Position numbers and translations under genes: made by a program. 64,000 nt of DNA from Candidatus Porifericomitaceae bacterium (GTDB taxonomy: Bacteria > Pseudomonadota > Gammaproteobacteria > Porifericomitales > Porifericomitaceae). The notes below the pieces were generated by a model. That model saw only the letters and a program-made list of their open reading frames with translations. It was not told where the DNA came from and made no database searches. Positions 31,834-40,515 of this stretch are shown in pieces; the first letter of the stretch is position 1, and each line of letters begins with the position of its first letter. Where the stretch lies: positions 2,103,981 through 2,167,980 of the forward strand of contig OZ243038.1 in NCBI GenBank assembly GCA_965212005.1, given 5' to 3'.

Positions 31834-32895
31834 ATGGACGGCAATGAAGCAATCAACAGCTTGGGAGCGGACTTTCTTTTGCAACAGGAGTTGCCGGAAG
31901 TGCTGCGGCCCTGCCGGGAGCCATTACGGCATATTCGTCGGCTGGCGGGTTTGCCCGTGGGCCTCTGGGACAAACTCTACCTGCAACTTTTTGTGCAATT
32001 TGCTGATTGCCTGCCGGAGTTTTCGCTGTTGTCGGAATCCGATTCTGCCGTACTGGACGTGCACGATCCGGCGGAAATGCTGGCGCGAACTCTGACCGAA
32101 GTGCTAGCGGCACTGCGCCGCCGTCAGCACCGCCTGTTGCCTGTAGGCGCGACGGAAGGAGTGGGCTTGAATGCCGATCGCTGGAGTTATGCGCTGGTCA
32201 GCGCGGTATTGCTGCGCGCACTGGCGCTGCAGAGCGGGCGCCGCGCTGGCGTCGCCGATCCTGCTTCGGATCTGCAAGCTGCGGGCCGATGTGCTCCCCG
32301 CGGCCCTGCATACTGGGTACAGCGCCTGTTGCCGCCGTCAGGTGCCGCCTGGTTGGCCGCGGACCGGGCAGTATCGACGGCCTTGGAGCGAGTCATCCGC
32401 GGCCAGACGGAACCAAGCGGACTGGGCGCACTATTAGCAGAGTGCGATCAACGCGGGACCGTGGTCCAGCCTGCCAGACTGGTCCCGGCAGCGCCCGTCG
32501 CGGCGGCCTTTTTGCGCTGGTTGGAGGATGAGGCAGGGAAAGCGGCGCCCGGTCGCGTTGATTCCTGCCTGTACATAGTGCGGGAAGGGTTGCTGTTGCT
32601 CAGTCCGGCCGCTTTTCAGCGCTCCGACGCCGTACATTGGAAAGAGGTGCAGAAACGATTCCAGGGCTTGCGGCTGCATGCCCGGACTCCGCGCGGGGAT
32701 AACATCTGGGGATACCGCCTGCGCAAAAACGAGCGCCGCAGCAGTTTGATCAAGGGCTTTTTGATCCGGCGTTCCCGTTTTGCGCGCCTCGGCCTCCCTG
32801 GCTCATTGGCACCCGATCCACGTCTGACCCCGGTGGAAATACCGCCGCGGCAAGAGGGCGCTGCGGCATTTTCACCGCAAGCCACGGTGCGATGA
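31834..32895 (+). CDS. TraI-like (MOBH relaxase-related) protein, half-length and lacking the His cluster
   Basis: 353 aa. The N-terminal ...LYLQLFVQFADCLPEFSLLSESD... aligns by eye to the ...YAAFVHLLPASESHHH... region of SXT TraI. The C-terminal ...LLLSPAAFQRSDAVHWKEVQKRFQGLRLHARTPRGDNIWGY... resembles the TraI_2 C-terminal domain. There is an ATGA overlap with the next gene. Confidence 0.35.
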   Translation: MDGNEAINSLGADFLLQQELPEVLRPCREPLRHIRRLAGLPVGLWDKLYLQLFVQFADCLPEFSLLSESDSAVLDVHDPAEMLARTLTEVLAALRRRQHRLLPVGATEGVGLNADRWSYALVSAVLLRALALQSGRRAGVADPASDLQAAGRCAPRGPAYWVQRLLPPSGAAWLAADRAVSTALERVIRGQTEPSGLGALLAECDQRGTVVQPARLVPAAPVAAAFLRWLEDEAGKAAPGRVDSCLYIVREGLLLLSPAAFQRSDAVHWKEVQKRFQGLRLHARTPRGDNIWGYRLRKNERRSSLIKGFLIRRSRFARLGLPGSLAPDPRLTPVEIPPRQEGAAAFSPQATVR

Positions 32896-34799
32896 AAGAA
32901 CAAGCGCTCGATAACCGCGTTCGCCCGGCAGTAGAGTTTGCCCCCGGCGTGACCGCATTGGTCAGTGCTGTATTGCTGCTGCTGCAGCCTGCCTGGTTTC
33001 TGCCACTGCTGCCCGGGGCTGCCAGCGTTGCCGGTGTCTGCTGCTTATTGCTGGGAGGGTGGCGTATCGTCCAGGGGATCCGCATCCTGCGCTACCGGCG
33101 CCATCTGCTCCACCTGAGCCCGCATGAATTGCGCGCCGGGCGAATCCCGCTGCGGCCGGACTCGCTGTATTTGGGTATGGGGTTCCGCTGGACCCGGGCG
33201 CATAGTCAGCGCCTGATTGAAAGGCGGGCACCGGGTGCCGGGCGCTGGTTGCGACCGGGACTGGTGGAACGTCTGTGCCGCGGCGAAGACGCTTTACAGA
33301 TGGGTGGCGAGCCGGCTTTGCATGGGGTCGGCGCGCAGGAGGAGGAGGCAGTGTTCCTCCGGGAGGCGGACCGCAGCGGTCATGCACTGGTCATGGGAAC
33401 TACCCGGGTGGGCAAAACTCGCCTGGCCGAGCTGCTGATCACGCAGGATATTCACCGTGGACATTGCGTGATTGTGTTCGATCCGAAAGGAGACGTGGCA
33501 TTGCGCCAGCGCGTCTGTACGGAGGCGGCTCGCGCCCGGCGCACGCAGCAGTTGCATCTGTTTCACTTGGGGTTCCCGGAATTGTCGGAAGGCTACAACC
33601 CGGTCGGTGAATTTCACCGCGTTACCGAGGTAGCCTCCCGGATTGCGGCGCAGTTGCCGGGGGAGGGGGATGGCGCCGCTTTCCGGGAGTTTACCTGGCG
33701 TTTTGTCAACATCATTGCCCAGGCGCTGGCCAAGCTCGGTCGCAAGCCGGACGTACGCGCGCTGCGGCGCTTTCTGTCGCACATAGAGCCGCTACTGATC
33801 CAGTACTGTGAGCATTGGCTGGGTCACAGCGGACCGACAGATTGGAGGCTGCAGGTGGCGCAGATACAAAAAGAGTTGCGCCCCGGCAGTCTGCCGCCGG
33901 CGTTGCGCGGGCGGCAGCCGCGCGCTGTCGCGCTGTTTCATTTTATGCGCCGGCACTCGGTGCAAGACGACGTGATGGAGGGACTATTTAGTATTCTGAC
34001 CTGCGAAAAGAGCCATTTCGATAAGTTGATCGCCAGTTCGTTGCCGCTGTTGGAGAAATTGGGCACCGGCAAGGTAGGCGAGTTATTGGTCTGTCAGGGA
34101 GATCGTCCGATGTTGGATTGGCGGCGCCTGGTTCGGGAGGGTGGCATCGCCTACGTTGGCCTCGATGCGCTGGCTGACGCGGAAGTGGCCGCCGCGGTTG
34201 GCGGCAGCATGTTTGCCGACCTGAGTTCAGTAGCCGGGCAATTATACAAACACGGAACGCATTATGGTCTGCCGTCCGGTGCAGTCCAGACCGGATCGAT
34301 CTGCATCCACGCGGATGAATTCAGCGAAATCGTCGGCAAAGAATTCATTCCGTTGCTAAACAAGGCAGGCGGCGCCGGCGTCAAAGTCACCGCTTATACC
34401 CAGACGCTGTCCGATATTGAGGCGGGGACCGGTGACCGAGCCAGCGCCGGGCAGGTGCTCGGCAATCTGAACACGCTCATCATGCTGCGCGTGCGCAACG
34501 AGGAGACCGCTCGCCTGCTGACCGACCAGCTTCCCTTGGTGCAACTCTATACTCGCGTCATGGAATCGCGCTTTGTGGATAACGATGATCCGGATACAGC
34601 AGTGGACTTCAGCTCTTCCAACGCCGATCGCCTGAATGTGGCGGAAAATCCGATGCTGTCGCCGGCAGACCTGATTTCCCTGCCGAAGGGACAGGCTTTT
34701 GCGCTTTTGGAAGGAGGCCACCTGGTTAAGCTTCGGCTGCCATTGCTGACCGGTGACGACGGCCCGCAGGAAATCCAGTCGGAGTTGCCTGATGGATGA
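32892..34799 (+). CDS. traD: TraD/VirD4-type conjugative coupling ATPase
   Basis: 635 aa with two N-terminal TM helices. Walker A is GTTRVGKT and Walker B is SICIHADEF. The overall architecture matches ICE-type TraD. Confidence 0.75.
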   Translation: MKEQALDNRVRPAVEFAPGVTALVSAVLLLLQPAWFLPLLPGAASVAGVCCLLLGGWRIVQGIRILRYRRHLLHLSPHELRAGRIPLRPDSLYLGMGFRWTRAHSQRLIERRAPGAGRWLRPGLVERLCRGEDALQMGGEPALHGVGAQEEEAVFLREADRSGHALVMGTTRVGKTRLAELLITQDIHRGHCVIVFDPKGDVALRQRVCTEAARARRTQQLHLFHLGFPELSEGYNPVGEFHRVTEVASRIAAQLPGEGDGAAFREFTWRFVNIIAQALAKLGRKPDVRALRRFLSHIEPLLIQYCEHWLGHSGPTDWRLQVAQIQKELRPGSLPPALRGRQPRAVALFHFMRRHSVQDDVMEGLFSILTCEKSHFDKLIASSLPLLEKLGTGKVGELLVCQGDRPMLDWRRLVREGGIAYVGLDALADAEVAAAVGGSMFADLSSVAGQLYKHGTHYGLPSGAVQTGSICIHADEFSEIVGKEFIPLLNKAGGAGVKVTAYTQTLSDIEAGTGDRASAGQVLGNLNTLIMLRVRNEETARLLTDQLPLVQLYTRVMESRFVDNDDPDTAVDFSSSNADRLNVAENPMLSPADLISLPKGQAFALLEGGHLVKLRLPLLTGDDGPQEIQSELPDG

Positions 34800-34920
34800 A
34801 GCCCGGATGATTGCCGCTCTGTGCCGACTAACGGCGGCAGTAGCCGCCGCCGGGCAGTGGTGAACCCGGACCGACTGGCGTCTGCGCCGCCACGGCGGGT
34901 GAGCGCTGCGTTAGTGCCGC

Positions 34921-35595
34921 ATGCCCGGCGCATTTGCCGCGCCGTTCGCTAAACAGATGCGAATCGGATGGATCCTGCTTTGGGCCGCGGCGATCAGCTT
35001 CGGTGCCCTGGTGATCGACCTTTTGTACGTGTGCTGGCCTTACCCTGCGGCGCGGGGGCTGGAGGCCTTTCAGGACAACGTGCAGCGCGAGTGGCACTGG
35101 ATCGGACAGGCAGACCCGCGCATCCCGCGGCTGGGACAGACGATCTTCCACAATTTGTATCAAGCTCTGTTCGTTGCCTCAGGCATCGATGCGCTGCTGC
35201 AGGAAGCAGGACGTCCTCAACAGGGCATCGATCAGTTCGCTGTGCGCTGGGTGCAGGGAAATCAGCATCTGGTCCTCACCGCCTATTACGGTCTGCGCTT
35301 GTATGCACTGCGCCTGAGCGTCCTGCTGCATATGGCGCCGCTGCTGATCTGCGCCTTGGTTGCCTTCGTGGACGGTTGGGCAGCTTGGTGGTTGCGTCGC
35401 CTGTCTGTCGCCAGAGAGAGCAGCTTCCTGTATCACCGGGGCAAGAGGCTGTTTTCCTGCTGCTGTCTGGCGATTGGAATCGGTTACCTGCTGCCGCCCG
35501 TTCCGTTGGATCCGCGCTGGATCGTGCTGCCCCTGCTGGCCTGCGTCGTAGTACTGCTGCGGAATCTGATGGCCGGCTTCAAAAAGTACTTGTAA
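34921..35595 (+). CDS. DUF4400 / TraJ-like integrating-conjugative-element membrane protein
   Basis: 224 aa with four hydrophobic helices. The cytoplasmic motif WWLRRLSVARESSFLYHRGKR is the one I associate with the family found downstream of traD in SXT/PFGI-1-type elements. Confidence 0.55.
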   Translation: MPGAFAAPFAKQMRIGWILLWAAAISFGALVIDLLYVCWPYPAARGLEAFQDNVQREWHWIGQADPRIPRLGQTIFHNLYQALFVASGIDALLQEAGRPQQGIDQFAVRWVQGNQHLVLTAYYGLRLYALRLSVLLHMAPLLICALVAFVDGWAAWWLRRLSVARESSFLYHRGKRLFSCCCLAIGIGYLLPPVPLDPRWIVLPLLACVVVLLRNLMAGFKKYL

Positions 35596-35821
35596 GCGGG
35601 CGGCGTCCGGTTTCGTGCCCCAGCCCTGTCTCCTTCCTCGCCGGTATCGGATCGAGCCTCGGCTGATTTTTCGCCTCACCAGGCGGACATTAGCGTGCGC
35701 CGCCCGCTGCCGTCCCGGTGGTCAACGCGCCTGCATCCGATCCGCCAGTTCCCGCTGCGGATACTCGCAACGGAAATGTCTTCGCTGCGCGGCACCGGGT
35801 GAGTGCCGCAGGCCGGTATAA

Positions 35822-36832
35822 ATGAACGCGGCGACGGCAGCGGCGGAATTGATCGGGGCCAGCCCGGCGATAGACGAGTTGCGCCGCCAGGTCGATCGCT
35901 TTGCCGATGCGCCTCACCCGGTGCTGGTGGAAGGGGAGTCCGGATCGGGCAAGGAACTGGTAGCGCGGTTGTTGCACGGACGCAGCTACCGGGCCGAGCG
36001 CCCGTGCCTGAAGATTAACTGCGCGGCACTGCCGGCGGACTTGCTGGAGGCGCAGCTTTTCGGTCACGCCCGCGGCGCATTCACCGGGGCGATCCATAGC
36101 CGTGAGGGTTTCCTGGGCGTCGCTGCACGCGGCAGCCTGCTGCTGGACGAGATAGCAGAACTGCCGTTGGAGCTCCAGTCCAAGCTGCTGCGTGTACTGG
36201 ATGACGGTGAGTACTATCGATTGGGAGAAACAACGCCTCGCCGGCTGCAGGCTCGCGTTATCGCCGCCACCAATCGCCCCGTGCATGGGTTGGTGCAGGC
36301 GAGCCGCTTTCGCGCCGATCTGTATTATCGCTTAGGCGTATTGCGCATCCGGGTGCCTCCGCTGCGTGAGCGGGGCGAAGACGTGCTGCGTCTGTTCGAG
36401 CATTTTTCCGCTGCCGGTGCAGAGGCTTTCCGGCTCAGCCCAGCGGGCCGGGCGCTGCTGAAGCGGCACTTGTTTCCGGGGAATGTGCGCGAACTGCGCA
36501 ACCTGGTCGTACGCCTGGAGGCCAAGGGTGCGAGCGGGGAAATTTCGGCTGCTGCGCTGGAAGCGGAGTTGGAGCCGGAACTGGCGCCGACGCCAAGCGC
36601 GGCGGCGCCCGCTGCTTGCTGCCGCCAGGCCATGCTGGAAGGAACATTCCGGTTGTCGCAGGCCTTAGGAGAACTGGAACGCCGCTGCCTCCTGGAGGCG
36701 GTGCAGTTGGCCACTGGCAATCTGAGCTTGGCAGCACGCCTGCTCGGACTGCCGCGCACCACGCTGTATGGACGGCTGCGGCATTTTTCCATCCCGCTGT
36801 TTCGCGTTGGTCCCGCAGAGGGTGCCGAATGA
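35822..36832 (+). CDS. sigma-54-dependent transcriptional activator without an N-terminal sensor/receiver domain (PspF-like architecture)
   Basis: 336 aa, and the AAA+ core starts at about residue 10. It has Walker A GESGSGKE, the sigma-54 contact loop GAFTGA, Walker B LLLDEI, and GNVRELRN. The C-terminal Fis-type HTH is LSLAARLLGLPRTTLYGRL. Confidence 0.85.
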   Translation: MNAATAAAELIGASPAIDELRRQVDRFADAPHPVLVEGESGSGKELVARLLHGRSYRAERPCLKINCAALPADLLEAQLFGHARGAFTGAIHSREGFLGVAARGSLLLDEIAELPLELQSKLLRVLDDGEYYRLGETTPRRLQARVIAATNRPVHGLVQASRFRADLYYRLGVLRIRVPPLRERGEDVLRLFEHFSAAGAEAFRLSPAGRALLKRHLFPGNVRELRNLVVRLEAKGASGEISAAALEAELEPELAPTPSAAAPAACCRQAMLEGTFRLSQALGELERRCLLEAVQLATGNLSLAARLLGLPRTTLYGRLRHFSIPLFRVGPAEGAE

Positions 36833-37021
36833 TGTGCTGCCGCTGCAGGCGTTCCCGCCTGCAAGCATAACGGCTGCCGTAGCGGGGCAGGCAAAGGGAG
36901 CGGTCCGGCCTCGGCGGCAGGCAGCCGCTGTGTACCTGCCCATGCGGTGCCGTGTGCAGAACCGGCAATTACTGGTATGATCCGGTGCTGTACTTGCCCG
37001 TTTCCATCTGGAGCCTGATTC

Positions 37022-37621
37022 ATGTCTGACACCGATCTCCGGCCTGATCTATACCGCCGCCGGTTTTTGACCACCGCCGCCACTGTGGTCGGTGGAGCGG
37101 GTGCCGCCGCCGCCGCCGTACCGTTCCTGTCGATGATGACCCCTAGCGCCAAGACTCGTGTCCGAGGCGGACCGGTGGAAGTAGACGTCTCGAAGTTGCC
37201 TCCTCGCGGGCAAATCATAGTGCAGTGGCGGGGCAAGCCGGTATGGGTGCTGAGGCGCGACCCGGAGATTCTGGAAAATCTGCAGCAACTCGGCGAGGCT
37301 GAACTTAGCGACCCGGAATCACAGCGCGACAACCAGCCCGAATATGCCCGCAATATGCACCGTTCCCGCCAGGCCGAATACCTGGTCATTATTGGAAGTT
37401 GCACCCACTTGGGCTGCTCGCCACAGTATCTGAATCCGGAAGAGCCGCACAATTGGGCGCCCTGGCACGGTGGATTTTTTTGCGCCTGTCATGGTTCCCG
37501 CTTTGATTTGTCGGGCCGGGTATACAAGGGTACGCCGGCCCAGCCCAACAACTTGGTTGTGCCTCCCTACATGTTTCTAAGTGACTCCCGAATTCTGATT
37601 GGGAAGGACTCAAGTTCATGA
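37022..37621 (+). CDS. petA: ubiquinol-cytochrome c reductase Rieske iron-sulfur subunit
   Basis: It has a Tat-type signal (YRRRFLTTAA) and the Rieske boxes CTHLGCSP and CACHGSRFD. Confidence 0.92.
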   Translation: MSDTDLRPDLYRRRFLTTAATVVGGAGAAAAAVPFLSMMTPSAKTRVRGGPVEVDVSKLPPRGQIIVQWRGKPVWVLRRDPEILENLQQLGEAELSDPESQRDNQPEYARNMHRSRQAEYLVIIGSCTHLGCSPQYLNPEEPHNWAPWHGGFFCACHGSRFDLSGRVYKGTPAQPNNLVVPPYMFLSDSRILIGKDSSS

Positions 37622-38865
37622 ACGGTAGCACAGGCAACAGCCTGTACAGGCTGCTCGGCGCCGCACTTGGCTGGATCGACCGGCGCTTTCCGCTGAGCAA
37701 GATGTGGAATGAGCACTTGGCGCGCTATTACGCGCCGAAAAATTTTAATTTCTGGTATTTCTTCGGTTCCCTGGCTCTGCTGGTACTGGTGATCCAGTTC
37801 CTTTCCGGGATTTGGCTGGCGATGAATTACAAGCCTTCCGCAGAACTCGCTTTTGCCTCGGTGGAATACATCATGCGCGATATTTCCTGGGGCTGGCTGA
37901 TCCGCTATATGCACTCTACCGGAGCCTCCGCCTTTTTCATTGTGGTCTACCTGCATATGTTTCGGGCCATGCTCTACGGCTCCTACCAGAAGCCACGCGA
38001 ACTATTGTGGGTCCTGGGCATGTTCCTGTACCTGCTGCTGATGGGTGAGGCGTTTTTGGGCTACCTGCTGCCTTGGGGGCAGATGTCTTATTGGGGAGCG
38101 CAGGTGATCACGGCGCTGTACGGCGCCATCCCGGTAGTGGGTGACGAGCTGGCCGTTTGGGTCCGCGGCGACTACGAGATCTCCGATGTTACTTTGAACC
38201 GCTTCTTTTCACTGCACGTGATTGCCGTGCCTTTACTGTTCCTGGTTATAGTATGGCTGCATATCCTGGCCTTGCATGAGACCGGATCCAACAATCCGGA
38301 TGGCATTGAGATTAAAGAACACAAGGACGCCAAGGGAGTGCCGCTGGACGGGATCCCATTCCATCCTTATTACACGGTAAAGGATATTTTCGGTGCCGTG
38401 GTGTTCTTGATCCCGTTTTCTATCGTGGTGTTTTTTGCACCGGACCTTAAGGGCCTGTTTCTGGAGCACGCAAACTTTACCCCGGCCAATCCGCTGCAGA
38501 CCCCCGAACACATCGCGCCCGTCTGGTACTTCACGCCGTTTTACTCCATTTTGCGAGCTGTGCCGGGCAACTTCACGGGTGGCGTTGTGATGACCGTCGC
38601 GGTGTTGCTGCTGTTTCTTCTGCCTTGGCTGGATCGAAGCCCGGTGCGGTCGATTCGTTACCGCGGTTGGATGTTCCGGCTGGCCCTGGTTTGTTTTACC
38701 GTCAGCTTCCTGTGCCTGGGATGGTTGGGTCTGCAACCGGCGGAAGCGTTGTACACGCTCCTGGCTCGGGTATTTTCGGTGATCTACTTTTTATTCTTCC
38801 TGCTGATGCCGTTTTATTCCCGCTGGGATCCAGTGCGACCGGTGCCGGACCGGGTGCGTTCCTGA
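37618..38865 (+). CDS. petB: cytochrome b
   Basis: 415 aa. ...NFNFWYFFGSLALLVLVIQFLSGIWLAMNY... and ...SAFFIVVYLHMFR... are typical of bc1 cytochrome b. It overlaps the petA stop. Confidence 0.95.
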   Translation: MNGSTGNSLYRLLGAALGWIDRRFPLSKMWNEHLARYYAPKNFNFWYFFGSLALLVLVIQFLSGIWLAMNYKPSAELAFASVEYIMRDISWGWLIRYMHSTGASAFFIVVYLHMFRAMLYGSYQKPRELLWVLGMFLYLLLMGEAFLGYLLPWGQMSYWGAQVITALYGAIPVVGDELAVWVRGDYEISDVTLNRFFSLHVIAVPLLFLVIVWLHILALHETGSNNPDGIEIKEHKDAKGVPLDGIPFHPYYTVKDIFGAVVFLIPFSIVVFFAPDLKGLFLEHANFTPANPLQTPEHIAPVWYFTPFYSILRAVPGNFTGGVVMTVAVLLLFLLPWLDRSPVRSIRYRGWMFRLALVCFTVSFLCLGWLGLQPAEALYTLLARVFSVIYFLFFLLMPFYSRWDPVRPVPDRVRS

Positions 38866-39611
38866 TGCGCCCCTACGCACTGCTGCCCATTGTGCTGCTG
38901 CTGACTCCGGGGTTTGCCTGGGCGGCGTCGGAGACGGAGCCGGCGCTGTTGCGAGCCCGACCCGTCCTTTCACAGGTGGACATACTGCAGCGAGGGGCGC
39001 GGCTTTTTGTGAATTACTGCCTGGGCTGTCATGCCGCCGCGTACATGCGTTATGAACGCATGGGAGCCGACTTGGAAATCCCGGTTCCCGTGCTGCGGTC
39101 GAACTTCATGCTGGGCGCGGAGAAGCTGGGGGAGACCATGGCTATCGCGATGAGCCAGCAGGACGGCATCCGGTACTTCAACGTTGCCCCGCCGGACCTG
39201 TCTCTGGTGGCCCGCTCCAGGGGGGCGGATTGGCTCTATACTTACTTAAGGGGCTTTTATGCAGACGCGCAGAGCCCGACTGGAGTCAACAACCTGGTAT
39301 TCAAAGGCACCGCAATGCCCCACGTGTTTTGGGAATTGCAGGGCTTGCAGGAGCCGGTGTACAGAGACTACATTGATGCCGCCGGCAAAGAGCGGCGCGT
39401 CATCGATCACCTGGAGTTGGCTACTCCCGGAACGATGAGCGAAAAGGAGTTCTCCCAGGCGATGCGTGATCTCGTCAGCTTCCTGGTATATCTAGGCGAG
39501 CCGGCGCAGTTGAAGCGCAAGCGGATCGGCATCTTCGTGATTTTTTATCTCTTGATTCTCGCGGGCATCACCTATTGGCTGAAGAAAGAATACTGGAAGG
39601 ATGTGGCGTAG
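38865..39611 (+). CDS. petC: cytochrome c1
   Basis: The start MRPYALLPIVLLL... has a TGATG overlap with petB. The heme motif is CLGCHAAAY and there is a C-terminal membrane anchor (IGIFVIFYLLILAGITYWL). The track start at 38625 lies inside petB and is rejected. Confidence 0.9.
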   Translation: MRPYALLPIVLLLTPGFAWAASETEPALLRARPVLSQVDILQRGARLFVNYCLGCHAAAYMRYERMGADLEIPVPVLRSNFMLGAEKLGETMAIAMSQQDGIRYFNVAPPDLSLVARSRGADWLYTYLRGFYADAQSPTGVNNLVFKGTAMPHVFWELQGLQEPVYRDYIDAAGKERRVIDHLELATPGTMSEKEFSQAMRDLVSFLVYLGEPAQLKRKRIGIFVIFYLLILAGITYWLKKEYWKDVA

Positions 39612-39851
39612 CCTGTTGCCGCAGTGTGCCTCATCCTTTGCCCAGGGTGCCCGGTGCCGTCGTCGGCGGTTGGAAAATCATGAAATCTCCGTGCCTGACG
39701 TTCCTCCCGATGCAGCGATTGTCGTAATGTTTCCCGTCTCCATTGAATTCGTGCTGCCGGCAGCCGCCGGCGCCGTATCGCAGACAGGCAGCCGTGCGTC
39801 GCGGTGCCGGCGTGCGGCACCCGCGGCCTGAAATACCGGGGCTCGGACTGC

Positions 39852-40463
39852 ATGAGCATGATTTTGTATTCCAGCGCCACCGCTTCAGTGGATCATATGG
39901 TCCGCTTTGTGGTCAAGGAGAAGAACATTGAGATCGAACTGCGCTACGTCAAGGAGGACGAATTGAGCGAGCAGTTGATGGAGCATAACCCGTATCATTC
40001 CACGATGACCCTGATCGATCGGCAGCTTTCCCTGTATCAGCCTCAAATCACGATGGAGTACCTGGACGAGCGCTTCCCCTATCCTCCGCTGATGCCGGTT
40101 GATCCGGCAGCTCGGGCACAAAACCGGCAGTTTCGCTACCGCATCATGCGTGATCTTTGCAGCGTGCTGGACGACCTGGGCGGAGACAACGAGATCGCCA
40201 GCGCCAACGCCCGCAGGAGTCTGCGAGATCATCTTTCCGTCATGGTGCCTCTGTTCGTGCATAAGCAGTTTTTTATGTCCGACGAATTTACCTTGGTCGA
40301 TTGCTGTATGGCGCCGCTGTTGTGGCGCCTGCCTCATTTCGGCGTCAAGCTGCCGGTGATAGCGCGCCGGCGGCTGGACGGCTACGCCAAGAAATTATTC
40401 GACCGGGAATCTTTCCAGAACAGCATGACGGACGAGGAGCGGGAATTCCGGGATTTGCTTTGA
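39852..40463 (+). CDS. sspA: stringent starvation protein A (GST-like)
   Basis: MSMILYSSATASVDHMVRFVVKEKNIEIELRYV...IMEYLDERFPYPPLMPVDP matches the SspA pattern. It sits in the classic position after petABC. Confidence 0.9.
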   Translation: MSMILYSSATASVDHMVRFVVKEKNIEIELRYVKEDELSEQLMEHNPYHSTMTLIDRQLSLYQPQITMEYLDERFPYPPLMPVDPAARAQNRQFRYRIMRDLCSVLDDLGGDNEIASANARRSLRDHLSVMVPLFVHKQFFMSDEFTLVDCCMAPLLWRLPHFGVKLPVIARRRLDGYAKKLFDRESFQNSMTDEEREFRDLL

Positions 40464-40515
40464 GGATACCACTGTTCTCTGCCGCCGGTCCGTCCGTTGA
40501 GCGCTTTGACCCTCA

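Larger units (their letters stand above)
31081..35595 (+). mobile_element. integrative-element-like remnant or minimal module at tRNA-Lys (TraI-like, TraD, DUF4400/TraJ-like), with no integrase or T4SS
   Basis: It sits at the 3' end of tRNA-Lys and contains three conjugation-family genes in the traI-traD-traJ order known from SXT/IncC-type MOBH modules. The boundaries are not defined by any repeat I could see. Confidence 0.45.

Noticed and set aside
35596-35821. Search by eye for a direct repeat of the tRNA-Lys 3' end (ggttcgatccctgtacggcccacca) that would mark the far end of an island.
   Set aside because: No convincing copy was seen here or elsewhere in the window. A computational repeat search is needed before concluding absence.
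36325-37452. 375-aa minus-strand ORF overlapping the sigma-54 activator and petA.
   Set aside because: It is antisense to two genes with strong motifs, and its composition is dominated by Arg/Ala/Pro/Ser/Gly with no recognisable domain. This is the typical long shadow ORF of GC-rich DNA.
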